A stretch of 64,000 nt of DNA from a virus. The stretch is taken from positions 38,066-102,065 of the IMG/VR virus record IMGVR_UViG_3300032291_002123, one strand, 5' to 3'. The stretch's first letter is position 1. Each line of letters opens with the position of its first letter. Position numbers and translations under genes: made by a program. This document shows, piece by piece, positions 8,579-18,550 of this stretch. The notes beneath the pieces are model-generated. The model had not been told where the DNA came from and ran no database searches. It saw only the letters and a program-made list of their open reading frames with translations.

Positions 8579-10393
8579 CTAGATTTCTATCTTCGGTTCA
8601 GCAAGCAATCCTGCTGGTGCTTCGTCGCCTGTAGGTGCTGCAGGTTGCGGTGCTTCTGCTGGTGCAGGAGTAGGCGCTGCTTCTGGGGTAGGTGCAGGTT
8701 CGGCTGGCGGTGCTTGTTCTGGTGCAGCAGGTGGTGCTTCACCCTGAAGCATTTGCTCCATACCTGGCGGCATAGGTGCAGGGTTACCAGCCTGTGATGC
8801 CTCACGAACCTTGTCCATAACGTCTGGTGCAACAACACCAAGCATTGCCTCTGTAAGTTCAGGTGTGATGACACCCTTGTTGATTAGAAGACGTAATGCA
8901 ACTTCAGTTGGAGACGGAGCCTCTGCCTCTGAGAAACCGTGGGTTCTACGCCAAGTCTCGAGGCTAACTGCCATCTTGTCGAAACCAGAGTCTGCATCTT
9001 GAGCACGGTCATTGCGAGTAGCAACAGCAGTAGGGTCAAACCAAACAACGATGCGGTTGACGTCGTTCTCTGAGAAACCGTTAGCAAGTAGATACGGACG
9101 TAGATACATAACAGTAAGAGCGTCAGCAATAAGCAACATCAGTGGTTCAATGTGTGCTTTGTAAAGGCTCTCGTCGATTTGTAGAGCATTTGAATACTTA
9201 ACGTTAGCCAAACCAGTAACGATGTCCTTAGGGACGTCTAAGCCTTGGAGGATGCGCTCAAGCACACGGTCAGAACGCTCGGCAAGCATTGGGTCGAATG
9301 AACGCTCGAACTTAAACTGCTTAATCTTGTCGCCCAGTTCAGCAGGACCTCTAATGATAAGTGGGACTACGGCTGAGGCGCTGTCCTCGTCCTTAATCGG
9401 CGTGGTCATAGCGTCGATGAGTTGGTCTTCGAACTCGTCTTCGACTTCCTCTGGAGTTGGGTCGGTGTAGATGCCGTCTTGGTCATCGTAAGGGTAGTCA
9501 GGGTCTGGAGAAGCAGAAACGCTAAGTCCATCTGGCAAGTAAAGAGCACCTGCGTTTAGACGACTCTTAGCGGTGGCACGGAAAGTGCGGTTAAGCAAAA
9601 GAAGTTCAGAGCAAAGGTCAAGGATTCCACGTAGTGATGAATCCGCCTCTTCAGAGAAACGTGGGTGTGCTTTCCAAATACGTCCAACGAACGCACCCTT
9701 AGGAATTGGGATAACGCCTGGCTTACCTGCTGATGCTGCAGCAACCTTCAACTCTCGACGTGGAGTGATTAGGTAGTTGCCCTTACCATCTGTGGTCAAC
9801 TCGTCAATAGAACGGATATCCCAAGACTCAGGCGCACCCGTTCCCGGACGTGCAGGAATCTGGCTTAGGTAGCACTCGCCAGCAACCTGCAAGTTAAGTG
9901 CAGCATCTCGTAGCAAACCAGCCTGACCGCCGTATGCGCTGTCGAGACGTGCGAGTGCACGCTCTGAAGCAGAAACCAAACGCTCGTCATAGTTTTCGAC
10001 GTTGCGAATAGGTGACGGAGTTTCAGATGGGTTTTCAACTACTGCTGCATAAAGACGCACTCTTGAGACAACGGCAGCAACAAGGTTGAAAGCGTATTTG
10101 ATTTCACCAATTGCGTCGTAATACTCCCACGCTTCCGTCTGCCACATGCTAGAGCCAGCACTACGACGTTGCCTAAACATATCTGCTTCATTGCGGTCAC
10201 CAAGTTTGATTTGGGTAGCAGCAGCAGTAAGTGGACGTGGTGTCGAGTAAACCGCTGGCTGTGCAGAGTTTGGGTTCTGATTTAGGAATACGGGTGGAAT
10301 GTATTGTGTCTGAGGTGCGACAGGAGCCGACGCTCTTATACCCTGTTGTGGTCTTTTAGGGTTAGAGGCAGGTTCTTTACTAAAGATGCCCAA
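8579..10393 (-). CDS. Portal protein (actinophage type)
   Basis: WQTEAWEYYDAIGEIKY...SRVRLYAA and ASAVVPLII motifs as in actinophage portals; Pro/Ala-rich tail; close to the terminase and upstream of head genes. Confidence 0.8.
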   Translation of the reverse strand: MGIFSKEPASNPKRPQQGIRASAPVAPQTQYIPPVFLNQNPNSAQPAVYSTPRPLTAAATQIKLGDRNEADMFRQRRSAGSSMWQTEAWEYYDAIGEIKYAFNLVAAVVSRVRLYAAVVENPSETPSPIRNVENYDERLVSASERALARLDSAYGGQAGLLRDAALNLQVAGECYLSQIPARPGTGAPESWDIRSIDELTTDGKGNYLITPRRELKVAAASAGKPGVIPIPKGAFVGRIWKAHPRFSEEADSSLRGILDLCSELLLLNRTFRATAKSRLNAGALYLPDGLSVSASPDPDYPYDDQDGIYTDPTPEEVEDEFEDQLIDAMTTPIKDEDSASAVVPLIIRGPAELGDKIKQFKFERSFDPMLAERSDRVLERILQGLDVPKDIVTGLANVKYSNALQIDESLYKAHIEPLMLLIADALTVMYLRPYLLANGFSENDVNRIVVWFDPTAVATRNDRAQDADSGFDKMAVSLETWRRTHGFSEAEAPSPTEVALRLLINKGVITPELTEAMLGVVAPDVMDKVREASQAGNPAPMPPGMEQMLQGEAPPAAPEQAPPAEPAPTPEAAPTPAPAEAPQPAAPTGDEAPAGLLAEPKIEI

Positions 10394-10422
10394 AATGGCT
10401 CTCCGTTCCTGTCGAATTATCG

Positions 10423-10776
10423 CTAGTGGTCATAGCGAGACGTAATTATGCCAGCAACTGCGGATAATGCGAAAGGTAGGGCAACGACCACAGTTGCTGT
10501 TGGAACTATTGTATAGCAAATCGTGAGTAGTGATGCTACCCAAACGCTCATGCACCAGTTGCAAGTGAACAAATAACCTAATTTTGTGAGCGGAGAATAG
10601 CGCTTCCAAAGTCGTTGACGTAGGTCGTCAAAGATAACGTCGGTGGTAAGCAAACGTGAAAATCTGAACGTTGCTAAGGAGAGAATAATTAGTTGAATGA
10701 AGGGTTCGTTAAGCACTTGGGTCTTTCGTAGAGGATAGAGTGCGGTATGGATTCCAACTTCTGAGGCGAGAGCCAC
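10423..10776 (-). CDS. DUF1360-family membrane protein
   Basis: LATFRFSRLLTTDVIFDDLR...LGYLFTCNWCMSVWVA. Confidence 0.75.
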   Translation of the reverse strand: MALASEVGIHTALYPLRKTQVLNEPFIQLIILSLATFRFSRLLTTDVIFDDLRQRLWKRYSPLTKLGYLFTCNWCMSVWVASLLTICYTIVPTATVVVALPFALSAVAGIITSRYDH

Positions 10777-11095
10777 ATCCGCAGTTGGTGTCTTTCTTGA
10801 AGGCTAGCATCTTTCCAGAAGAGGTCTTCACCTTGGAGTCTTCTTCCTGCTTTGGGTTCTTAATGAACTCTTGGATGCTCTCTTGGAAAACTATCTGTGC
10901 GCCATCAGGAGAGTCGGTGGCAATTACAACCATAGGAACGTCGACGTCATTGGTTATAACGATAACTCGAGCCGTTTGGATGTAGAAAGCGCCGTCTTGC
11001 TGAGGGTGGGATTGTAAGAGTTCGAGATTGCCGTCTTTGAAGGATGCAGGGGCGACGGAAACGTGGCAAGGAAAGATGTCGGATTGGATTTTCAT
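10709..11095 (-). CDS. Hypothetical protein with a C-terminal CGCG motif
   Basis: Co-oriented ORF packed between neighbours; NCGCGSRLRSWNP. Confidence 0.65.
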   Translation of the reverse strand: MKIQSDIFPCHVSVAPASFKDGNLELLQSHPQQDGAFYIQTARVIVITNDVDVPMVVIATDSPDGAQIVFQESIQEFIKNPKQEEDSKVKTSSGKMLAFKKDTNCGCGSRLRSWNPYRTLSSTKDPSA

Positions 11096-11097
11096 GT

Positions 11098-11601
11098 TTA
11101 TTTTCCTAGACGTCGAGCGATTGCACGGTTAGTAACGTTTGACGCTCTAGCAATCTCCGAAATGGTTACGTTTTCATTATACAGGCTTTGAATTAGGAGG
11201 TTGAACTCGACGTTGGCTAATGCAGGTAGGGACGTCGACGCCATCCCACTACGGAATAGACGTGCTTCTTGGCTTAGAGTGGCTAGTTTCTTCTGGACGT
11301 CGACGGGAATGCCTGGCGAAAGCGGAGTCTTGCGCTGGTAACCCTTAGGCGGTGGAGTGTCGTCACCCCAAGGAGTTGGAACTGGATTTTGAGTGACGTT
11401 CGTCTGAGAAGCCGTTTTCACCCAATACTGAATGGTTGAACGTCCGAAAGGCGGTGAGAACGCTGCTCCGATTGCTTGTAAAGTCCAACCGACGTCGTAA
11501 AGTTGCTTCGCACGATACTTGAGTTGGCGTTGCGTAAGGGTGCCGAGCAACTCAACTTCCTGCGGGGGGAGTTTCTGGTCACGGGCATACTGTCTGGACA
11601 T
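11098..11601 (-). CDS. Double helix-turn-helix DNA-binding protein
   Basis: GWTLQAIGAAF...GRSTIQYWV and VTISEIARASNVTNRAIARRL; similar to 14642-15190. Confidence 0.7.
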   Translation of the reverse strand: MSRQYARDQKLPPQEVELLGTLTQRQLKYRAKQLYDVGWTLQAIGAAFSPPFGRSTIQYWVKTASQTNVTQNPVPTPWGDDTPPPKGYQRKTPLSPGIPVDVQKKLATLSQEARLFRSGMASTSLPALANVEFNLLIQSLYNENVTISEIARASNVTNRAIARRLGK

Positions 11602-12157
11602 AATGTATTACTTTAGCACGAAAGTTCGAATGGTATTTCTTTGGAAAAATTTTTGGGGGATTCTTATGCTACAGAGGGCGTTACGGTTTCGTTATAATAA
11701 CTTTTTACTGACGGCAAAAATGATACATTAACGTATTTTGGATTTGTTGCGTGAGAGGGCAGCGGTTATATTTCGACGCTCCCAGAAACGTTTCCGGAAA
11801 CCATTTGATTGGTCAAAGGTCGAATTGTTTGGATGCGAATGACATTTGATTGATGTCGAGTTGCGATGGTGAAGTCAGGTTGTCAATGTTGCTATGTCAT
11901 AAAAATGGATGACAACCTGTTCAGGTCGGGAATCGGCAATCGGCTACTTTCGCTTTGATTGTATCAATCAACAATCATTAGGAAGCAAACGATTATTTGT
12001 ATTCTTGATGAGAGTGAATCTATGACATAAGAATTGACATAACTAATAAGCACTAAACAAAAGCAAAAGCAATTCGGCAATCAGAGAGATTTACTTTGAT
12101 GCTAGTGAATTACAAAAGCCATAGGGGTCTTAGATGATTGGCATCACTAACAAAGTT

Positions 12158-12187
12158 GATGAGTGTGATGAGTGATGAGTGATGAGT
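12158..12187 (+). repeat. Tandem GATGAGT repeats (4 copies) in a 760-bp non-coding gap
   Basis: gatgagtgtgatgagtgatgagtgatgagt read directly. Confidence 0.8.
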
Positions 12188-12364
12188 AGAACTATTACAT
12201 AAGGATAGAGATAGGTCATCCGCATCTGAGGTCATCAATCACATAATGATTTTTATTTGTTAGGTGATAGAAGTCGGGTAAGGTAATCCTTACTTGACAT
12301 CAAACATAGATGCCCATAACCTTGATACTGACACCATAAACAAAATCAAAAGGATGAAGCACTA

Positions 12365-12901
12365 ATGAATGACAATGACGGCGCACAATCGGCAAGCGAT
12401 ACCAGAGAATCATTTGCGGCAATAGACCGCAGAACTTATCCGAAGTATACGCCCGTATGGTCAGAGATTCTGCCAGGCTTATGGCAAGGCGGCACATTAG
12501 ATTCTGATAAGCACAATCAATACGCCGTACCGCTAATCTCAAAGAGAGAGTTCGATTCGGTATTTACTTTGTATGCTCACGCCAATCCTGTTGATTGGTT
12601 TGTGAAAGAGTTTCGATTTGGGTTTATGGATAGCGATGATACTGAGTTTGACACGGCACTACTAAAAAGAGTTGTTGCTCTTGCTCACGGCGATTGGAAG
12701 CGTGGCGAGAAAGTTCTCATTAGATGTCAAGCAGGTCTCAACCGCTCAGGCATAATCACCGCACTAGTTCTTATTCGTGATGGTCATTCTCCGAGCGAAG
12801 CAATTACTCTAATGAGAGCGAAGCGGAACGATTGGGTTCTATTCAATCCACACTTTGAGAAGTGGATTCTCAAACAATCACCGCAAGAGTGGCAAGACTA
12901 G
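12365..12901 (+). CDS. Dual-specificity / tyrosine protein phosphatase
   Basis: CX5R loop IRCQAGLNRSG; SEILPGLWQGG; NPHF; TTGACA at ~12295 and AAGGA RBS upstream. Confidence 0.9.
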   Translation: MNDNDGAQSASDTRESFAAIDRRTYPKYTPVWSEILPGLWQGGTLDSDKHNQYAVPLISKREFDSVFTLYAHANPVDWFVKEFRFGFMDSDDTEFDTALLKRVVALAHGDWKRGEKVLIRCQAGLNRSGIITALVLIRDGHSPSEAITLMRAKRNDWVLFNPHFEKWILKQSPQEWQD

Positions 12902-14286
12902 CGAAGTCTAAACAAACTCGAACGAGGGTCAGCAAGTTTCTTACTACCCATCGAGCGAGCAGTAATCTTTCCGCCAACGAACCCGGCAGGTGGCTTGATT
13001 AGTAAAGCCGTAAGAGCGTGAACAAGCGCATCAACTCGGTCAGGTGATTTGCCCTCACCCGGAATCCAAGAATACATTTGTGATTCGAGGTCTACGAGGT
13101 AGCCAACGTGATGAACACGCCCTTGCTCATAAGCAAGAGTTACGGGTTCGGCTCTCAGCGCTTTGCCGTATTTGCTATGAACCTCTAACACTTTGATGGT
13201 CGGGTCAATCGCATTGATGGCATTGCGAACTAGCGCACCTCCTTGGTTCACCTCGGCGATAACCGGGCAACCCCATTTGCGAGCCATAGCCACAACTTTG
13301 TTAGCCCAGACCTCAGGCGAACCTAACACCGAAGCATCCTCCAACACCCAAGCATTACGCTTATACAAGTCTCGCTCACCCGTCGATGAAACAACTACGA
13401 TGCCACATTCATCACGAGGGTTCTCCGCAACTGATGGGTCTACACCGATACAACGAAGTGGGGTGTTAGGTGGGTAAGTAGATTGTCTGTGCTTCTCGAT
13501 GAGTTCCTCTGTCCATAGCGCACCCTCGACAGCATCAAGCATCTCTCCATAAAGTTCTTGCTGTGCCAATCGAGTTCCAGCATAGACACCTGTAATCGCA
13601 TCAATGTATGAGTTCGAGAGGTTGCCCGAGTTATCCATAGTCGAGCCACGAGTAATCACTACTCTGCCAGACTTAGCCTCCTCGATAAGTTTGTAAAGCA
13701 ACGGCACACGCTTAGGTGTGGTGGTCACTAAGATTTGTGGGTTAGAGCCTAGACGAGTTCCAACTCGCAAGTTGTCGAACGCTGTCATACCGGCAGCATC
13801 AGGTGTCTGTCTCCAAGCAGCAATCTCATCGCCCCAAGCGTGAGTGAACTGAGGACCACGAAGTGAGTCAGGTTCATCCGCAGTAAAGCAAGTTGCTGTA
13901 TTGCCATTGGGCCAAGTCAATCGTCGCTTAGATGGTTCGTAGAGTGGTCGCTCACTAGGTGGCGAGACATTCATAATCCCAGACTCACCCTCGACGATAA
14001 CATCTCGCACATCCGCCGCAGTTCTAGCAACAAGAGCGAAACGCCTTTGCCCCGTGGTCGTGTATTTCGCTTGGTCTCGCACCCATTCGGCTGCCAGCCT
14101 AGTCTTACCGAATCCACGCCCAGCCATTACTAGCCAGATGTTCCAATCGCCCTCGGGTGTTTGCTGTTCAGGTCTACCCCAGACACTCCAATCCCATAGC
14201 AACGAGTCGGCATCCATACCAGATAAAGCCAACGCTCTTTCGTCGTCAGGCAGTTCAGCGAGAAGTTCCATAATACTTTTAGACAT
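12898..14286 (-). CDS. terL: Terminase large subunit
   Basis: Walker A AGRGFGKT, LRGPQF..AWGDE Walker B, TTTP motif III, RNase H-like GVDPS...SPDRVDA. Confidence 0.95.
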   Translation of the reverse strand: MSKSIMELLAELPDDERALALSGMDADSLLWDWSVWGRPEQQTPEGDWNIWLVMAGRGFGKTRLAAEWVRDQAKYTTTGQRRFALVARTAADVRDVIVEGESGIMNVSPPSERPLYEPSKRRLTWPNGNTATCFTADEPDSLRGPQFTHAWGDEIAAWRQTPDAAGMTAFDNLRVGTRLGSNPQILVTTTPKRVPLLYKLIEEAKSGRVVITRGSTMDNSGNLSNSYIDAITGVYAGTRLAQQELYGEMLDAVEGALWTEELIEKHRQSTYPPNTPLRCIGVDPSVAENPRDECGIVVVSSTGERDLYKRNAWVLEDASVLGSPEVWANKVVAMARKWGCPVIAEVNQGGALVRNAINAIDPTIKVLEVHSKYGKALRAEPVTLAYEQGRVHHVGYLVDLESQMYSWIPGEGKSPDRVDALVHALTALLIKPPAGFVGGKITARSMGSKKLADPRSSLFRLR

Positions 14287-14298
14287 AGGTCTATTGTA

Positions 14299-14565
14299 TT
14301 ACTGATTCTCCCTAAGCATTAGAGTCAAACCGAGCGCAGTTAGTTCAACGCTCACCGCAATCAACGCCTCAATCCGAGCGTTCATCCTCGCTATGTATGG
14401 CGGTGGTTTTGGGTGTCCATCATTTAGCGAGTCTTGGGTTTGGCTTATCAACTTACTGAACAGCGCACAATACATCTCGCAATGAACCGAGTGGGTAATC
14501 TCACCCCATTCGATTTCGCTGTTGTATTTTTCGTATAGGTCTTTTGTCATTTTATTCATAATCAA
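14299..14565 (-). CDS. Hypothetical protein
   Basis: Lies directly downstream of a TGTCAG-N10-TACATT promoter; the true start may be a few codons in. Confidence 0.6.
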   Translation of the reverse strand: MIMNKMTKDLYEKYNSEIEWGEITHSVHCEMYCALFSKLISQTQDSLNDGHPKPPPYIARMNARIEALIAVSVELTALGLTLMLRENQ

Positions 14566-14641
14566 AATGTATCACGCACCTCTGACATTCTGAGATAAAG
14601 AAAGACCCCAACCGAAGTCGAGGTCTTTCTTGGTTGTCCGA

Positions 14642-15190
14642 TTAGGCAACTCGGTTCTTGCTGTTGATTGGTTTGTATACCTTAGAGGTAGCGTTAGGCG
14701 CAGGTTTGTATCCATAGCGAGCAAGTCGGAATCGAATTGCCCCGTGAGATACGCCTAGTCGCTTTGCCAATCGGTAGAGCGTAACTCCATCTATGCTGTG
14801 CGCTTGGTTCAGCAAGCGAGTGTATTCCTCTGCCTCAGCACGATACCTAGGCGAGTGAGAGCGAACCTGTTGCGCTAGCGGTTGTAGTTCGAGCAGACGA
14901 GTTAGAATCTCGTCAGACGGCTCAACATACTCACGCTTGATTTTCTCAGGGTGGAATGGTGGTGTCGGAATGATGTAGTCGTCTCCTAGTTCAAGACCGG
15001 GAGATTTCATTTCGATAATCTGTCGGATACGCTCACGAGAGATACCGCAAGCATTTGCGATTGATTGAAGTGTCCAACCCATCGCTCTCAACTTGCGAAC
15101 ATACTCGTTGCGCTCGTCTCCGTCTTTGATTGTAAGAATCTTTGCTCTTACCTCAGGCGGTAGAGTGATTTGTCTTTTCATTTGGTTCAT
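14642..15190 (-). CDS. Double HTH protein (sigma70 region-4-like first HTH)
   Basis: WTLQSIANACGISRERIRQI and VTLYRLAKRLGVSHGAIRFRL. Confidence 0.75.
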   Translation of the reverse strand: MNQMKRQITLPPEVRAKILTIKDGDERNEYVRKLRAMGWTLQSIANACGISRERIRQIIEMKSPGLELGDDYIIPTPPFHPEKIKREYVEPSDEILTRLLELQPLAQQVRSHSPRYRAEAEEYTRLLNQAHSIDGVTLYRLAKRLGVSHGAIRFRLARYGYKPAPNATSKVYKPINSKNRVA

Positions 15191-15266
15191 TTGTCTGTCC
15201 TTATGTTGTTGTTTCTAGTTTAGATGGTTTGTTCAGTTCGTCAAGAGTTGTATGCTCTTGGCTAAC

Positions 15267-15635
15267 TTAGTCAATAATCAATTTCACCTTGTCATCTCCA
15301 TCAAAGACGGCAAGTAAGGTTGCTTCATCAACCACGCCCGTGATTTGTAATCCGTTTTTCTCTTGGAATAACATAATGTCGCTCTTAGTAGCATCACCGA
15401 ACCAGCCCTCTTTGTCTTTGAGAGCAAGTGTGAAGCCCAACTCGGCAAGTCTCTGCTGTAAGTAGTAGACACTCACCGAACGCTTAGAGATTGGGTTCTT
15501 GAATACAATCGCAGATAGGCGAACCTCAGCGATGTCGTCAAGTTTTATCCCAGCCTCAACCAATTTCCGCTCTTGGTGAGCATAAACTTGGTCTAAGGAT
15601 ACGGGAATAGGCACTTTGTATCGCTTTTCGGTCAT
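15267..15635 (-). CDS. Peptidoglycan-binding domain protein
   Basis: VYYLQQRLAELGF...GWFGDATKSDIMLFQEKNGLQITGVVDEATL (PG_binding_1 pattern). Confidence 0.8.
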   Translation of the reverse strand: MTEKRYKVPIPVSLDQVYAHQERKLVEAGIKLDDIAEVRLSAIVFKNPISKRSVSVYYLQQRLAELGFTLALKDKEGWFGDATKSDIMLFQEKNGLQITGVVDEATLLAVFDGDDKVKLIID

Positions 15636-15805
15636 TCAGACCTCTGTGCGAGGATTGATGCCACGATAGCCCCAGAAGCAAGGGAAATCACTAAATTAGT
15701 GGCTCCGGGAGCCAAAATAGCCACAAAAATAGCCAAAATCGTCAAAAATACAGCAAAAATGGCACTCCAAACCACATTTTTCAGCAAAAATCGCAGTTTA
15801 TTCAT
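15632..15805 (-). CDS. Small two-TM membrane protein (57 aa)
   Basis: Manual translation MNKLRFLLKNVVWSAIFAVFLTILAIFVAILAPGATNLVISLASGAIVASILAQRSE; AAGGAG RBS; stop overlaps the next ATG. Confidence 0.65.
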   Translation of the reverse strand: MNKLRFLLKNVVWSAIFAVFLTILAIFVAILAPGATNLVISLASGAIVASILAQRSE

Positions 15806-15973
15806 CTTTTTTCTCCTTTTTAGAGGTCGGCAGCACTACCCCAAGCAAAGGGCCGCTGTTTTTCCACGCATTTTGTTTCTTTATTATGATTTTCTGTATA
15901 ACATAATACAAACCTCCATAAATAGCAAGCAATCCGAGCAGAGATAGCACGATAATTAGTTCCATTTGAGTTC

Positions 15974-16969
15974 CTAACTCCTAACCAATGTATTCGAGTA
16001 GATGTCTTTGACAACATTTGCCCAGATTCTAGGCGTGTGGGTCTCGGCTTGGTATCCGCCAGCCCCGCCAATCAACACTCGCCCCTTACAATGCTTGTTA
16101 GCAAGGTCAGCGACAACACTTGAAGCATAGCGGTAGCCATCGTAGGTGTATTTCAAGCCCCAGCCCTCGCCCTCGTGTCCATCTGCCCCTGTTGCGAGCA
16201 GAATTACATCAGGCTCATACTCGTCAATCTTTTCGGCAATCAGGTCAATAGCCCAAGCCAACGCCTCGTCGCCCTCTCCTCGCTGTAAGTTGAAGTTATA
16301 CCAATGCTTGTCAGGGTCAGAGTATTCGTAGTTGCCTAGGTCATCCATCCCTCGCAACCAAGTGTCTGAGTGAACAGGGTAGACTCCGTGTCCGTGAATC
16401 GAGAAGGTGGGTATGTCCGTATCCTCTAAGAGATTCTGAACGCCGTCGCCAGCGTTTACATCCCAATCGATGTAGGCAACTTTCAAGCCAGCCTTACGAA
16501 ACTCTTTCGCAGCCCAAGCGAAGTCATTGAATACACAGAAGCCCTCAGACCAGCCGTATTGTGCGTGGTGTTTAGCACCCTGTGGATTGAAGCCAACCTG
16601 AGTTTCGCCAGCAATCATTTTCTCAACAAGGCGAGCAGTTCCAGCGAACATCTGAAAGGCGGTGTTGCCCATCTCTGTGCGCTTTCCATCCCAATCGTGA
16701 GACACTCCCTTATCAATTACCTCGCTCACGAACTTAGGGTCGTGGATAGTCTCCAACGCCTCCCTATCGCCATCACGGATTTCGGGTTCGATAATCTCCA
16801 CATTATCCGCACCAAGTTCCTCGGTAATGTATTGGGTAGCCAACTTAGCCCTAATCGGTTTCGTAGGGTGCGAGCCATCGCCAGAGCCTAACTGCCATTT
16901 GAGGTAGTCGTCGCTGTAAGCGATTGTTAGTTTATTTGGGTATGTCAATCTGTCCTTTTTTTCTTTCAT
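15974..16969 (-). CDS. Histone deacetylase / AcuC-family Zn-dependent deacylase
   Basis: HP.KP.R, GAKHHA...GFCVFND, YIDWDVNAGDGVQ, SIHG, GADGH, GGAGGY. Confidence 0.9.
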   Translation of the reverse strand: MKEKKDRLTYPNKLTIAYSDDYLKWQLGSGDGSHPTKPIRAKLATQYITEELGADNVEIIEPEIRDGDREALETIHDPKFVSEVIDKGVSHDWDGKRTEMGNTAFQMFAGTARLVEKMIAGETQVGFNPQGAKHHAQYGWSEGFCVFNDFAWAAKEFRKAGLKVAYIDWDVNAGDGVQNLLEDTDIPTFSIHGHGVYPVHSDTWLRGMDDLGNYEYSDPDKHWYNFNLQRGEGDEALAWAIDLIAEKIDEYEPDVILLATGADGHEGEGWGLKYTYDGYRYASSVVADLANKHCKGRVLIGGAGGYQAETHTPRIWANVVKDIYSNTLVRS

Positions 16970-17240
16970 CGTGTTTCTAAGTTATCAAATAAACTAGAAA
17001 AAGTCAAGTTTTGCGTGGAAAATCCTTGACCCTTTGTAATAAGCCTTATGTAATAACTTAGTCTCCGAGGTGTTCGTGCCTATCGTGCTTGTTCAGCCAA
17101 TCGGTAAGCCAGAATAAGCCAGCCAGCATTATGACGATAGAGCCAATAACAGCACCAAAAATTAGTAGAGTTTCCATAGCCATAATCTAGCATAAAAGAA
17201 ACCCCCTGACATAAGTCAAGGGGTCGTGTCTTTTTAGGGT

Positions 17241-17486
17241 CTAGCCCTCCACAGAAGCCTCATAGAAAGGCGGAAGTGGTTGAGTTGATGCCAGAGCCTT
17301 GCCGAACTTTTCTATCGCCAAGCAGGTGTCAGCAATCCAAGTGTCGTAAAGCACCTTGTCCACACCTGAGTGGGCTTCGTTCTTTTTTGCTTTCAACTCG
17401 GTAAGCGAGAACAAAAGAACGCTTTTCATAAATTGTAGTTCTTGGGTCTCGAACTCTACTGAGGTTGAGGTTTTTGTTTCTGTCAT
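17241..17486 (-). CDS. Hypothetical protein
   Basis: RBS, co-oriented, followed by a hairpin at 17201-17224. Confidence 0.65.
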   Translation of the reverse strand: MTETKTSTSVEFETQELQFMKSVLLFSLTELKAKKNEAHSGVDKVLYDTWIADTCLAIEKFGKALASTQPLPPFYEASVEG

Positions 17487-17500
17487 TTCTTTCTCCGTTT

Positions 17501-17929
17501 CTAGTTGTTTTTGTTGTTTAGGTAGTTGATGTAGCCGTCGCTGTTGATTTCTGCCTGATACTCGTCGGCATACACCCTCGGGTTAGTTTCTACTCTTGGG
17601 TAAGCACAGGTAGAGCAAAGGTCGTAGTCGATGTCAATCCCAACTCCGCAAACGCACTTGCGCTCCTCCAACTCCTCGGGTTCGGGTTCGATGTCTCGGG
17701 TATCGCCCTCGTCGATAATCGGGTTAGCCAATCGCTCTCGCTCATACTCCTCACCCTGAGCAACTCCAACCTCGTAGCCCGTGTCATAGGCGAGGTCGAA
17801 AATCATACGGGTGTTGTAGAGGTGTAGGTATGGTTCGGTCTTGTTATACCAATCCCAGAACGCAGCCTCTCGCACTCGTGCTTTTCGGGTGCTTACATCT
17901 AGGAAAGCGTTTACTTCGTCTTGTGTCAT
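17501..17929 (-). CDS. Hypothetical protein (CxC...CxxC)
   Basis: AAAGGA RBS; acidic; Cys pairs. Confidence 0.65.
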   Translation of the reverse strand: MTQDEVNAFLDVSTRKARVREAAFWDWYNKTEPYLHLYNTRMIFDLAYDTGYEVGVAQGEEYERERLANPIIDEGDTRDIEPEPEELEERKCVCGVGIDIDYDLCSTCAYPRVETNPRVYADEYQAEINSDGYINYLNNKNN

Positions 17930-18283
17930 TTTTGTCCTTTCTACAATACTAGGTTAGTCCGTGTCGAAGTGTTTGTCAAGTTCACTCGCCAAATAATTTA
18001 CGGCAATCGCAAGAATTAGGAAACACCCACCGATTAGCAGATTTGAGAATACAAGAGCATAACCAAAAGTTCCGCTAAACAGGATTGCCAGAGCAACTCC
18101 TCGAAGTAGGATTACCAATCCCTCCCGATTGTTCTTGCTCACTTGTTCCTCTGCGGTCTGCTCTTGGCGATTTGATTTATAGCCCAAGCAAAAGCCAACG
18201 CCCCAGATACAATCAGCCCAATAGCAGCCACTAAAAGTAGTTCTCTCATTTTGTCCTTTCGTCGTTTCTATGTTAGCACATTA

Positions 18284-18550
18284 TCACAGATAAGGCAACA
18301 TACCAAGCCGTCTCGACAATTCTGCCTCACATTGCGTTGAGAGGTCGCCAAAGACCTCCTCAGCGTTCGGGATAGTTCCTGACCTGTCTAGGTAAGTAAT
18401 CCCAGCGATAAGGCTCACGAGAGTGTTTACCGAGAACTCAATCTCATTGTCAAAGTCTAAAAATCCAGCGGTGAAGTTGTCGTTCACTCGATTGACAAAG
18501 GCGACGATTTCGTCGTCTGTCATTTCGGTAATGCTTTTTTCGGCAGCCAT
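18284..18550 (-). CDS. Hypothetical protein
   Basis: GAAAGG RBS; co-oriented. Confidence 0.6.
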   Translation of the reverse strand: MAAEKSITEMTDDEIVAFVNRVNDNFTAGFLDFDNEIEFSVNTLVSLIAGITYLDRSGTIPNAEEVFGDLSTQCEAELSRRLGMLPYL

